Positions 35,347 through 46,769 of a DNA stretch of 64,000 bases are shown piece after piece. Where the stretch lies: positions 57,651 through 121,650 of the forward strand of contig NIVC01002276.1 in NCBI GenBank assembly GCA_002269645.1, given 5' to 3'. Numbering within the stretch: position 1 is the stretch's first letter; every line of letters begins with the position of its first letter. The notes beneath the pieces were generated by a model. It did not search any database. It worked only from the letters and a program-made list of their open reading frames with translations, and was not told the DNA's origin. The DNA comes from Macrostomum lignano (taxonomy: Eukaryota). The translations under genes and the position numbers were made by a program.

Positions 35347-38243
35347 ATTGGAAATAGCGGGTAATAATAACAACGATTGATTACACCTGCGGACCTGCCC
35401 CATTCGGGCCAAGATGTGCAACCGACAGCTCAGCCGCAGCTATTGCGCGGCGCATCTGAAGGCTGCGTACGGCTGTTCAGTCCAAGGACTGGGGAGGGGG
35501 GGGGTCGCCACACACCATCAATTACCCCAGCTAATGCTGGCACCCATTTTACAGCTGGGTGAACTGAAGCAATGCAGAGTTAAGTGTCGGTTGCTCAGGG
35601 AAACAAATTGTTTCTAGTGGGTCGGGAATCGAACCCCCGACCTATAAGTCGTGAGTCCGACGCTCTAACTACTAGGCTACAACCCCCAGAATGCCAAATG
35701 AGACGCTTGATAGCAGCCTCACTGACAGCAGTGGTGCCATGGAGGTAAAGCGGTTAGAGCATTGCAAAGAAAGTTACTGCCGTATAAAGTGTGTATCAAT
35801 TCTATCACTTCTATCAACAAGTTATTTATTTTCTTTTTACTTTAGACTTTCGACAACAAAGTAGACAAACAATACGTAGTAACTGATGCGATTCAAAACT
35901 ACAATCAACTGTGCTATAAATTTAATTTACTGCTTTGTGCTATTTAAGGAATTGCTAAAAACTTACTTTTCTATGACAAACCTGTGGATTAATTAATCGT
36001 TTATAACAGTACAGTGATACAAATAATAAGGAAAAATTAACAATAAGAACTTCCATTAGAAACTGTGAAAGTATTCATAGTGTTTGGAAAGGCCGTCTAA
36101 GAACTGAGGGTCTGGGAGGCTGGTCCAGCAACTGACACTCTGGGAGGCTGGCCCAGCAACTGACACTCTGGGAGGCTGGCCCAGCAACTGACTCTGGGAG
36201 GCTGGCCCAGCAACTGACACTCTGGGAGGCTGGCCCAGCAACTGACACTCTGGGAGGCTGGCCCAGCAACTGACACTCTGGGAGGCTGGCCCAGCAACTG
36301 AGGATCTGGGAGGCTGGCCCAGCAACTGACACTCTGGGAGGCTGGCCCAGCAACTGACACTCTGGGAGGCTGGCCCAGCAACTGACTCTGGGAGGCTGGC
36401 CCAGCAACTGACACTCTGGGAGGCTGGCCCAGCAACTGACACTCTGGGAGGCTGGCCCAGCAACTGACACTCTGGGAGGCTGGCCCAGCAACTGAGGATC
36501 TGGGAGGCTGGCCCAGCAACTGACACTCTGGGAGGCTGGCCCAGCAACTGACACTCTGGGAGGCTGGCCCAGCAACTGACACTCTGGGAGGCTGGCTCAG
36601 CAACTGAGGATCTGGGAGGCTGGCCCAGCAACTGAGGATCTGGGAGGCTGGCCCAGCAACTGGGGATCTGGGAGGCTGGCTAAGCAACTGAGGATCTGGG
36701 AGGCTGGCCCAGCAACTGAGGATCTGGGAGGCTGGCCCAGCAACTGAGGATCTGGGAGGCTGGCTCAGCAACTGAGGATCTGGGAGGCTGGCCCAGCAAC
36801 TGAGGATCTGGGAAGCTGGCCTAGCAACTGAGGATCTGGGAGGCTGGCCCAGCAACTGACACTCTGGGAGGCTGGCCCAGCAACTGACACTCTGGGAGGC
36901 TGGCCCAGCAACTGAGGATCTAAGAAGCTGGCTCAGCAACTGAGGATCTGGGAGGCTGGCCCAGCAACTGAGGATCTGGGAGGCTGGCCCAGCAACTGGG
37001 GATCTGGGAGCCTGGCTCAGCAACTGAGGATCTGGGAGGCTGGCCCAGCAACTGAGGATCTGGGAGGCTGGCCCAGCAACTGAGGATCTGGGAGGCTGGC
37101 TCAGCAACTGAGGATCTGGGAGGCTGGCCCAGCAACTGAGGATCTGGGAAGCTGGCCTAGCAACTGAGGATCTGGAAGGCTGGCCCAGCAACTGGGGATC
37201 TGGGAGGCTGGCCCAGCAACTGGGGATCTGGGAAGCTGGCCCAGCAACTGAGGATCTGGGAGGCTGGCCCAGCAACTGGGGATCTGGGAGGCTGTCTCAG
37301 CAACTGAGGATCTGGGAGGCTGGCCCAGCAACTGAGGATCTGGGAGGCTGGCCCAGCAACTGAGGATCTGGGAGGCTGGCTCAGCAACTGAGGATCTGGG
37401 AGGCTGGCCCAGCAACTGAGGATCTGGGAAGCTGGCCTAGCAACTGAGGATCTGGAAGGCTGGCCCAGCAACTGGGGATCTGGGAGGCTGGCCCAGCAAC
37501 TGAGGATCTGGGAGGCTGGCCCAGCAACTGAGGATCTGGGAGGCTGGCCCAGCAACTGAGGATCTGGGAGGCTGGCCCAGCAACTGAGGATCTGGGAAGC
37601 TGGCCTAGCAACTGAGGATCTGGAAGGCTGGCCCAGCAACTGGGGATCTGGGAGGCTGGCCCAGCAACTGGGGATCTGGGAGGCTGGCCCAGCAACTGAG
37701 GATCTGGGAGGCTGGCCCAGCAACTGGGGATCTGGGAGGCTGGCCCAGCAACTGGGGATCTATAAACCTACAGTGTAGAAATAGATAAGGCATTCTAAAA
37801 GCTATTAAAACAAAAACACATACAGTTAACTAGACTGAGGTCAGAATTAGCTGAAGCTTCACAAAATGTTAATTAAGGACTTTAGGTAAGTGAAGCACTC
37901 ACGGATTTCCCTCGACAGTAGCCCAGCCCCACCAGAGGCGTATCCGTAGCCTTTGGGGCCAAAATTTTTGCCATAGCAGACTCGGCAGTAGATGCTGCCA
38001 TTGTGGTCATTGACAGTCGATGAGTCCAAAGTTTTGCTGCAGCTAGCTGTTGAATAGAAAATATTTTTCCAAGTAACTACAAGTCATATATGATTATTTT
38101 ACAGAAGCGCATACTATAAAGATTTACTTACAGCACTTTAGACACAGTTTATGATAAGAATTATTCAGGCATTTCACCTCCTCAGCAAAGTAAACTTTTT
38201 GCTGACAGACCGGACAAGTTGGGGACACTCCAAATGTGGGCAT
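32746..38243 (-). CDS. CSRP: Cysteine- and glycine-rich two-LIM protein (CRP / muscle LIM protein family)
   Basis: Exon 38243-38132 MPTFGVSPTCPVCQQKVYFAEEVKCLNNSYHKLCLKC |gtaagt. Exon 38046-37903 SSCSKTLDSSTVNDHNGSIYCRVCYGKNFGPKGYGYASGGAGLLSREI |gtgagt. Terminal exon 33046-32746 (LIM2). Linker exon(s) are unresolved: exon 2 ends in phase 1 and the last exon needs phase 2; one candidate is the 51-nt exon 34832-34782. Confidence 0.85.
35362..35687 (-). mobile_element. tRNA-derived CORE-like SINE (family B), full length
   Basis: Reverse complement: GGGGGTTGTAGCCTAGTAGTTAGAGCG (A box), GGTTCGATTCCC (B box), then CCCTGAGCAACCGACACTTAACTCTGCATTGCTTCAGTTCACCCAGCTGTAAAATGGG resembling the MIR CORE (CCTTGGGCAAGTCACTTAACCTCTCTGAGCCTCAGTTTCCTCATCTGTAAAATGGG), and a (TTA)-type tail. 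Confidence 0.85.
36103..37758. repeat. 28-bp minisatellite, CRP intron (same family as 17768-18642)
   Basis: About 59 units, with CTGACACT and CTGAGGAT variant blocks. Confidence 0.95.
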
Positions 38244-39269
38244 TTTGACTAAACTGAAATATCAAATTGATTGTTAAAAACATTTTTACTACTACAAATT
38301 TATGAATTGTGGTTGTGTCAAAGATGAAATTATGATGCAAAATTCTCCTAGAAACTTTGCTACTATTATCAAAACCAACAATTGTTAAAATGAATAGAAC
38401 CTCGCCTAAATGTAATCTGAGCTATTAGTTTCCCAGGCATTCTGGTATCTTAGTTTCCTAACTAGTTTCCTAACAGTTTTGTGTATAACATTCATGTAAC
38501 ATATATTTATATATAGCATAAATTTGTTGGACCAAGGACTTGTCTTAATAATTCTCCAATTGCTTTCATATCATTAGTTTATACCTTGACACCCTTGTAC
38601 TCATATATTTAATACATTTTCATTGTTTTAGTTAGTGTGATGTCTGTGATGATAATATTTTATAGTTTCCTAGTTTGTTATTGCCTAGTATTTCTTGGCA
38701 TTTCCTATTCTTATGCTAGCCACAGAGATTGACTGGACTTGTACCAAGATTGTCAGCTAGGGCAAAAATTTGTCAGAATTTTCTAGTGTAAATGCCACCT
38801 TCCAGAGTATAGCTTGTATATATATATAGCTTATAGCAGCATGGCAAATAATATGCTAATAAAGCTATTTCAAAAAATGTTTGCAAATTTGCTTGAGTTG
38901 AATTGAAAGTCAATGTTGAATTAAAAAATACAGTTGCCAAATAAAAAACAACTTTAATGTCAAATGTCAATATCAGCCTTAAAGATAGGAAAACACATTA
39001 TACTTTAATATAAAATATTAACATTTAGTTTTATCCATTTGAAGAATAGAAGTTTTTCTCAAAGATAAACAAGCAACATGTGCATATATATGCAACCTTT
39101 TTGTAATTGAATCAATACATTTGCAAATTCACAAAATGGCAAAAAATTGTTGTGAAACTGATAGGTAGATACAATAACTGTACCTAATTTCTATAAGCCT
39201 AGTTAAGGTAATCTTGCATAAAACTTGGAGACTAGTTCCTAATATTAACCCAACAAGTTTTGTCCTATT

Positions 39270-39910
39270 ATTTTGAACACTGAGTAGAAGGCAATCTGGA
39301 GGGTCTTACAAATGCTGGTGTTTGTAGCTGTAATTTTCACTGGACTCAAGCAGTTTGGTGCAAAGTCCAGAGCATTGGAACTCAACAGTCCTATCAAGAA
39401 GATGAAGGCATGCAAAAGTTTGTCTAGAAAATTATGGCTTTGCCTTATTTGCCTGCAGACACTATTGTGGCAGCCTTTGATAAGCTTCAGTCAGGAAATG
39501 CCATTGCAGCTGATGAATATCTAGTTGAGCTCTGCAATTATGTTAGTAGCACCTGACTAATGGAGGACTATCAATGAACTCCAAGAGACAATTCTATATT
39601 TGGCCAGCCAATACAAATACAAACCAAAAACAACTTAGAAGATTAACATTAACACTTTAATTGCAAAGTGGGACAATGGAACTGCACTGCTACCTATTGT
39701 TACAACTTATTTATGATGAGACTGCCCTAGTACCTCTTCAATCTAATCTGCTATCTAGAGGTATGCTTTGTCATGAGCAACAGAAGACATATAGAATTGT
39801 TTAGTCCCATCTGTTCTATTAGCCTTATTGGGCAGAGTTCAATTCTAGGAACCAAATGGTATAACAACTTCTTCAAGCCTGTGGTTGGCTATATAATCTC
39901 AAATGAGCCC
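39270..39910 (+). pseudogene. Decayed Mutator (MULE) transposase C-terminal region
   Basis: One frame reads CNFHWTQAVWCKVQSIG...FV*KIMALPYLP...NYVSST*...Q*TPRDNSIFGQ...TKNNLED*H. This matches the MULE pattern GCxFHWxQAV..RKLMALP..YxxxTW..WxP..RTNNxxEGWH, with several stops. Confidence 0.75.
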
Positions 39911-42338
39911 TTTTAGGACAATGGCCTATCACCTATGTGCTAGATGACAGCCACAGAGATGAAGCAGATTAGTTGGATAGCCACCTGTGCTAAAGGTTAG
40001 TTGCCTTCTAACTTTCTAGTTCTAACCTAGTTGCTGGCCATCATACATGTTGTACATCATTTATTTTTGAAAGGACCTTTTGTTGTACATGCCATACCAT
40101 TGTATATATTGGTCACAGTGTCCTATATTACATGTATTCACAAGTTCATAACAAGACTTAGTGAATTGATGAGTGGTTACATTACTACTATCTACATTAT
40201 TTATAAAATAATTGTAATATTTTAGCATGGTACACTATATAGTACTTAATAATTATGCTAGAATGCTCCTTAAAAACAAAATTTGCAATACATCTTTATC
40301 AGTTTTTCTCCAGTTTAAGCATAAAAAACTGCATGCAAAATACAATATTTTTAAAAACCTTGTTGCAATGAAACATAAAATTTATATTTTTAAACCCAGC
40401 ATTGGTATACCTTTTGTTTTACTCTTTACTTTATATAATAATGTTTTTGAATTCAATTAACACTCAAATTTCCATGCTTTTTCCTAGAATGTCTATGGTA
40501 TATATGTCCCATAGTTTGGATTGTGTATTAGTATATGCTGGGTTTAATGCTAGGAAAAATGACAAGACCTTGTGTAGAAGGGCCTACATTTTATTCTACA
40601 AAATTATTATTATTCTTAAAAGTTAAATTCCCACCAAATAACAAATACTGTATATTTTTGTTTTAATGCATTATTTTGTTTTAAATCTAGAAATTTTGTT
40701 TTAGTAAGGCGAAATAATTTTGTTTTAGTTAACTGTTATTTAATATTTAAATGCATGATATACAAACCAATAGGACAAGACTTTGTCTACTATAAATACA
40801 AGGCCAAAATTACAAAATAGAACATTTCTTTAACTTTTTGGGTTCAATACTCAATAACCTAGAAATTAAGATTTCTCTGGTTTTTTGACTTGGTCATTTA
40901 AGCAAGATTGCAAGTTGGACATACAGTGTTGGATAGAAAGGGCATTTTGTCAATGCAATTAAGCAGGGATTGCCAAATAAGCATTTTGCTCAGTAAAAGA
41001 AAGGGCAGATTGCCCAGTAGAAAGGGAGGATTTCCAAGAAATAGATTCAGACTGCTATAGCAGTATGCAGTATTAGTCAGGAGAGACAGTATTAAAGCCG
41101 GAAACCTCTCAGTCAATAGTAACGCCATGTTTGGACTGTATAGTTTAAGAGTTTAGTAGTAGTCAGCACTGTCTTGCTGCTTGGGCACTGAAGCTACCCA
41201 GGGTAATTTGTACCGACAATAGCCCATAGTGTATAAAGTACATATAAGTATAAAAGTAGGATTTTTTAGGAATAATAGGCTTAATACATTTTCTTAGAAT
41301 AGGATAGACAATTTCTAATACAATTTAATAAAGAAACTGCAGGACTAAATAGACAGAGGAATTAGGATTATAATAATTTGGTGACAAATTGATAGGATAT
41401 TATAAAATAGTGAAGGGGCTTAGAACATTTGTTTGTATGCTAGGTTTGTTTGCCAATATAAGAAAATTGTCATTTGACACAATATATCTGCTGTTATGTA
41501 TACCAGGATATATCCTGATATACACTAAAAATGGTAAGACCCTTGTTGATGGTGATGCTAGGAAATCTTGGCATATATGTTGCCTTCTAAACTATAGTAT
41601 ATATTGTGCATTGTTGTATAGACTATAGCATAGCCAAAGTAAAATTATTTGATTATTGTTATACTCTCATATATCATATATAAGAGCCTAAAACTGAAGT
41701 TTACCTTTTGTATGCATAGAAATTCTTCTGCACTATGGAAATATAGTTATTTTATTGCCAATTGACTATTACTTTCAAGTTTCACTTTTTGCTATCAATT
41801 TTCTAAGACCAAATGTCTGATTTCAACATAACAAAACCAATCAATTTAAGCTATATATGAACTAAGTATTAGCAAATAATGTCTGTTAAAATATGTACTT
41901 GTAAAAATATTATCTTTTTTAAAGTAAATTTGCTTGACTTTTCATTATAATCAATATAATAATAGGCCCTAAATCTTATATTTCATAAAATAAATTGTCA
42001 CTAAATTGTCACAAATTTGTCAAATGTCCAGGGACCATTGCAGGACTCAGCTGCGATGGTCCTATAAACCTGACTTGATGACCTATTATTGACTATGACA
42101 ACTTTGAATATGACGACTTTGGCTAGAGCCTACCCTATGGCTTATACTAATACTAATAGGCGTACTAGCCAAAGCCAAAAAAGCCAAAAAGGCAATTATG
42201 TTAAAAAATCTGAAAATATATATGTTATATTTGATAGGATTTATAAAAATGAAAAAATTAATACCATAGTACAAAAGGTGGAAATTTTTGATTGGAATAG
42301 TTGAGTAGTTAGTTATTTTACTCTTGTAGACCAACCAA

Positions 42339-43300
42339 GGTGGTAACCCCAGTTGTTTCACCTACAAACCATCCCTAGGCCCTAGGCCTACATCATTTCA
42401 CCCACAGACCATTTCACTCACAGGCCATATAGACTGTTTCATCCTCGTCCATAGACAGTTTTGGCCATGGACTGTTTCTAAACTTTACAGTTTTAAACTC
42501 TGTGCTTTGATTTTTAATTTTGGTGAGAAATCTTATTCTTTTAGAATTTCCAGCTTTGCCTTTCTATAAGTATAAGGGGGCCATAGCCCAGCAGTAGCGC
42601 AGCTGCTCTAGTGTGCCAGCGACCCAGGCTCGATTCCAAGTGCAGTCACATTAAATTTGGGGCTGAATTGGAATCTTGGCTTGGCTCTGCTTGTGGAATT
42701 AATGGCCTTGAGAGCCAACCCCCCACCCCTCCCCCCCCAAGGCGCAGTGAAGTGTACATGCCTAACGATAAAATAAAATTAGGGCCGCTGTACACTCCTG
42801 TGTGAGTGTGTGCCTGCATATGTATCCGCGCGCTTGTATGCCTGCTCAGGGGAGTTGGCGGAATGGGCAGTAATGCCTCTCGCGGGTTGTGTGCCTATGT
42901 TGCTTAAAGTGCACCAGGGTGCACACAACCCCCTGCCTCCTATAAAAAATAAAAATTTCTATAAGTATAACCGAACCTTTTCTCATCCTCAGCTGTTCAA
43001 ATTGGCTTTAATTGTCACACTTTCGAAAGGATGACTTTACACATTAAAACTAAAAATTAGCATTGAAAAAAAGAAAAGAAAGATAAAGATACATGTAGAT
43101 GTATGCCCGGTATGGCTGTATCTCTAATTACATATTCAACATATTCAACGTATTCATATAATTTCAACATTCAACATATTCAACATTTTGGCTGAAACGC
43201 CTAAACTGGTTTATGGGCGAAACGGACTATGGGCAAAATGGTCTCGGGGCGAAATGTCCATGGCCGAAACAGTTTGGGGGCGAAACAACCGGAATTCACC
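42339..43300. mobile_element. Non-autonomous TIR element with GGCGAAA-type subterminal repeats (MULE/foldback-like), carrying a nested SINE
   Basis: Left end GGTGGTAACCCCAGTTGTTTCACC vs reverse complement of right end GGTGAATTCCGGTTGTTTCGCC; repeated subterminal motifs at both ends. Confidence 0.6.
42576..42955 (+). mobile_element. Full-length tRNA-derived SINE, family A
   Basis: A/B boxes, A-rich tail and a perfect 15-bp TSD TTTCTATAAGTATAA (42561-42575 / 42956-42970). Confidence 0.92.
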
Positions 43301-43817
43301 AAGGTAGTAAAAGTTCTATGAAAATACATCGTGTTTAAATTAATACATCGAATTTCGTAATCTACTTCTTGCTTAAAGGCAATTCGCACATAAAAATTAT
43401 TGTGCAACTAACAAAGTTATTATAATTAGTAAGCTACATATAATTTTTTCTTCACGTGGCTATTTAGGTTTTTGTTAATTTAAACAGTTTCGTTTTGTCG
43501 TTTTCAAAGAATTTTTTTCTAGGAAGTTCACTCGGATTCTGAACTACCACCACGCGACCAGACTCTAGTTTTATCCTGGATCCTGCATCCTGTCGGCTGT
43601 CAACCGTCGTACGACGTATTGAGATTCGTGTGTCTTGGTGAGAAAAAAGATGCAACCGTAAACAGTGAAAATTTTTTAGTGCAAACTTAATTTTATTGCA
43701 GCTGATATTTTTACAAAAAAGGCCATATTTTGGTTGTTATTGTTCCAGTGACCGTATGAATAGCGAAATGGTTATTTTTACGGTCAACGCATAAGACACT
43801 ATCTAGGCCTAGGGTCC

Positions 43818-44866
43818 GGTAACAGTCCACTTCGGTAACAGCCATTTCGGTTAATAGCCGCTTTGCAGGGTTTTTTTGTGCGCAGAGTGTGTGTATGCAC
43901 CCTAATTTTTAAAGTTGCACCCTGAAATTAAAAAAGTAGGTGCGGTCTTATAACCATTTTTCTTTAAAGGCTTAACCATGCTTAAGCTATTTTTTATGCA
44001 CTGTCTTAAAATATGAAACAAAATAACTCTTTAAATCCTATCATTCATATCATTCATATCATTCATATAGTCATATAGTCGATATAGCCTATGGCTATAG
44101 CCTTATGTAAGATATTAAAATATACATTCCCAGTTGTCTGAAACAAGACTCAAGAGAAATTGCACTCTGAGCCTTAAAATCGCTCCTTGAAATTTGGCAC
44201 AAGGTGCAATTTCGCACCTTGTCTCTGGCAAAAAACCTAGGCCGCTTCGGTAACAAGTGAGAATAATATGTATTAATTGATATGCACCAAAAAGATCTGC
44301 AAACAAACTTTAAAGAAAGAACGACAAAACACATGCATATCTGCATGTGTTTAACTTGTTTAAAAGTGTTTTAACTGATCTATTTTAATTTCTAGATGAG
44401 TCAGATATATGCATCCAAGAGTCAAGACATCTATAATTGACCAAATATTGTGTACTGTGTACATTCGAATCTCTGATCTAGTTAGTGAACAGCTAGGGCC
44501 TATTTAAAATTATAAAATCTACTTTTTTTCTTTATTAAATTATTTAAAATTTGTTTTGATTTTAATGTATGTATACAAGCTTGCTTTGCTTATTTTTTTG
44601 CCTTTAAATTTTTCACAAAGTTAATATGCAAATTTAAACAAAGTATAATACAGTTTAACTAGAAATTCTAACAATATATGCAATAAAATAATTTGAGATG
44701 TTAATTATTAAACTAATTATTGCTAAACCTAATTATCAAAAAATTAAGTGTTGACAATTATAAATCTGCTTTGTTACCAAAGTGGCTATTTATGAAGTGT
44801 TCATTTTTTGTTAATGTTACCAAAGTGGCTGTTACCAAAATGGCTGTTACCAAAGTGGATTGTATT
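43818..44866. mobile_element. MULE-like MITE with tandem subterminal repeats (GGTAACAGCCACTTC) and 9-bp TSD
   Basis: Left CAGTCCACTTCGGTAACAGCCATTTCGG vs reverse complement of right CAATCCACTTTGGTAACAGCCATTTTGG; TSD CTAGGGTCC at 43809-43817 and 44867-44875. Confidence 0.75.
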
Positions 44867-45189
44867 CTAGGGTCCTTGCTTAATGGAACCATATAAAAAG
44901 TGAAGCTTTTTTATAGTCATTGTAGGAGGCAAACAACTACTTTTCAAGTCATATAGAAGAAATTTCGTTTAAATTATAGTGTAATAGTAAACAATTACCT
45001 AAAGTAAGTTAGCTAAAGGCAATAACAAAAACTAACAGAGGTTAACATCCTATCAACATTTTTTATTAATAACATATTTCTTTATTTTTTTAAATTAAAC
45101 CAACTTTGCTTGCATTATAGTTCATTATTTCATTTAGATGATATTTGTTTTAAGTGTTGACTATAAGTGAGAATCTACACTCTAGATCA

Positions 45190-46769
45190 GGTCTATGAAA
45201 TTTGCTAGCAGGAAATCTGCTAGCCAAAGTTTGCTAGCGAGAAATTTGCTTGCCAAAATCTGCTAGCCGAAGTTTGCTAGCAGGAATTTTGCTAGCAAAG
45301 ATTTTGCTAGCCAAAACCTGCTAGCGATAAGGGTCTATGAAATTTGCTAGCAGGAAATCTGCTAGCCAAAGTTTGCTAGCAAGAAATTTGCTTGCCGAAA
45401 TCTGCTAAAGACATTTTTTCTTGTCCAATTTCGCAAGAAACTTTGCAGGACTTATCATGCAAGACAAATAAATTTGCATTTTTCGCTCTAATGACTCTCT
45501 TTGTCGTGCTTATTAGCAGTGATCTGCAAATTGCAATATGTAATAATAATTGCAGCCTGCATTGTTGTATCATAATATAATGCAATTAAAAATTACAATC
45601 AGAAATTTCTTTGTAGCTAGCACTTGTATGACAAGAATCTGAATGTAATTTATATACAAAACGTGCTTGTTAATTCTATTCTTCAAGTTCGTTGGCTCTG
45701 TTGTTTTGTTTCCCTGCTCTCGGTAGTCAGAGTAAATTGAGAAGGCAATCTGTTGTGTGGAGGACTTAATCTGGACGACCTAATCTGCCACCTAGCCTTC
45801 GCCATGGGTTCTTGTACATGTACGTGTTAAAACGCAATCAGTAGATGACGTCATAGACAAAAAGAAAATAAGATTTAGGTTTTAATGTAGGTGGATTGAA
45901 AAGTTCATATATAAGCTATTAAATAAAGTAAATATATTACATCCATGATCACAGGGTAAGAGCTTGTGGGCCACACTGCAAAGAGTGTTTGCTTGTACAC
46001 AGTGCCATAAGCGATGGAAAATATCTATACATTAACAATACATATAGCGATAGTAAATTGTACCTTGGACATACATGTATCTAGCTATAGATACTATACA
46101 CCAAAATGTGTGTTACTATATACTAAAGTACTGTATATGCTAAAACTGCACTTGGAAATTGTCAAAATCATTTATAATTTTTTGTCTTACTTTACTCGTA
46201 GACATTTGATAATGTTTTAGCATTATCAGCTATAAGGCTATAGTTCAGGTAGCTCAGGCAGCTGTAGTTCAGGTAGTTAAATTTAAACTTATCTATACAC
46301 ACAACTTTCAGTCTTAATAGTTGGTAGTGGCAGTATATAGTATATAAGTTATATATTTACTCGTACGAATCAAAGCAGCTCAAATCGGAATCAAAACACA
46401 GCAAATAACATGCAACAGCTACGAGAGCAAGGCAGCTAGCAAAATCCTTGCTAGCAAAATTACTGCTAGCAGATTTCGGCTAGCAAAATCCTTGCTAGCA
46501 AAATTCCTGCTAGCTAACTTCAGTTAGCAGATTTCGGCTAGCAGATTTTGGCTAGCAGATTTCGGCTAGCAAACTTTGGCTAGCAGATTTCAGCTAGCAG
46601 ATTTTGGCTAGCAGATTTTGGCTAGCACATTTTGGCTATCAAACTTTGGCTAGCAGATTTCGGCTAGCACATTTCGGCTAGCAAACTTTGGCTAGCAGAT
46701 TTTGGCAAGCAAATTTCTCGCTAGCAAACTTTGGCTAGCAGATTTTCTGCTAGCAAATCTTGTACTCCC
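45190..46769. mobile_element. Foldback-type element with internally repetitive long TIRs (TTGCTAGC modules) and 10-bp TSD
   Basis: 45198-45410 and 46430-46760 are inverted arrays sharing about 70 bp of near-identity at the outer ends; TSD CTCTAGATCA at 45180-45189 and 46770-46779. Confidence 0.8.

Noticed and set aside
35620-35687. tRNA-like sequences (also 63742-63810, 42576-42640, 52300-52361)
   Set aside because: They continue into SINE bodies and lack a complete acceptor stem, so they are SINE heads rather than tRNA genes.
41389-41628. WHICCL motif suggesting a PHD finger
   Set aside because: Other zinc ligands are not correctly spaced, and the AT-rich context is decayed.
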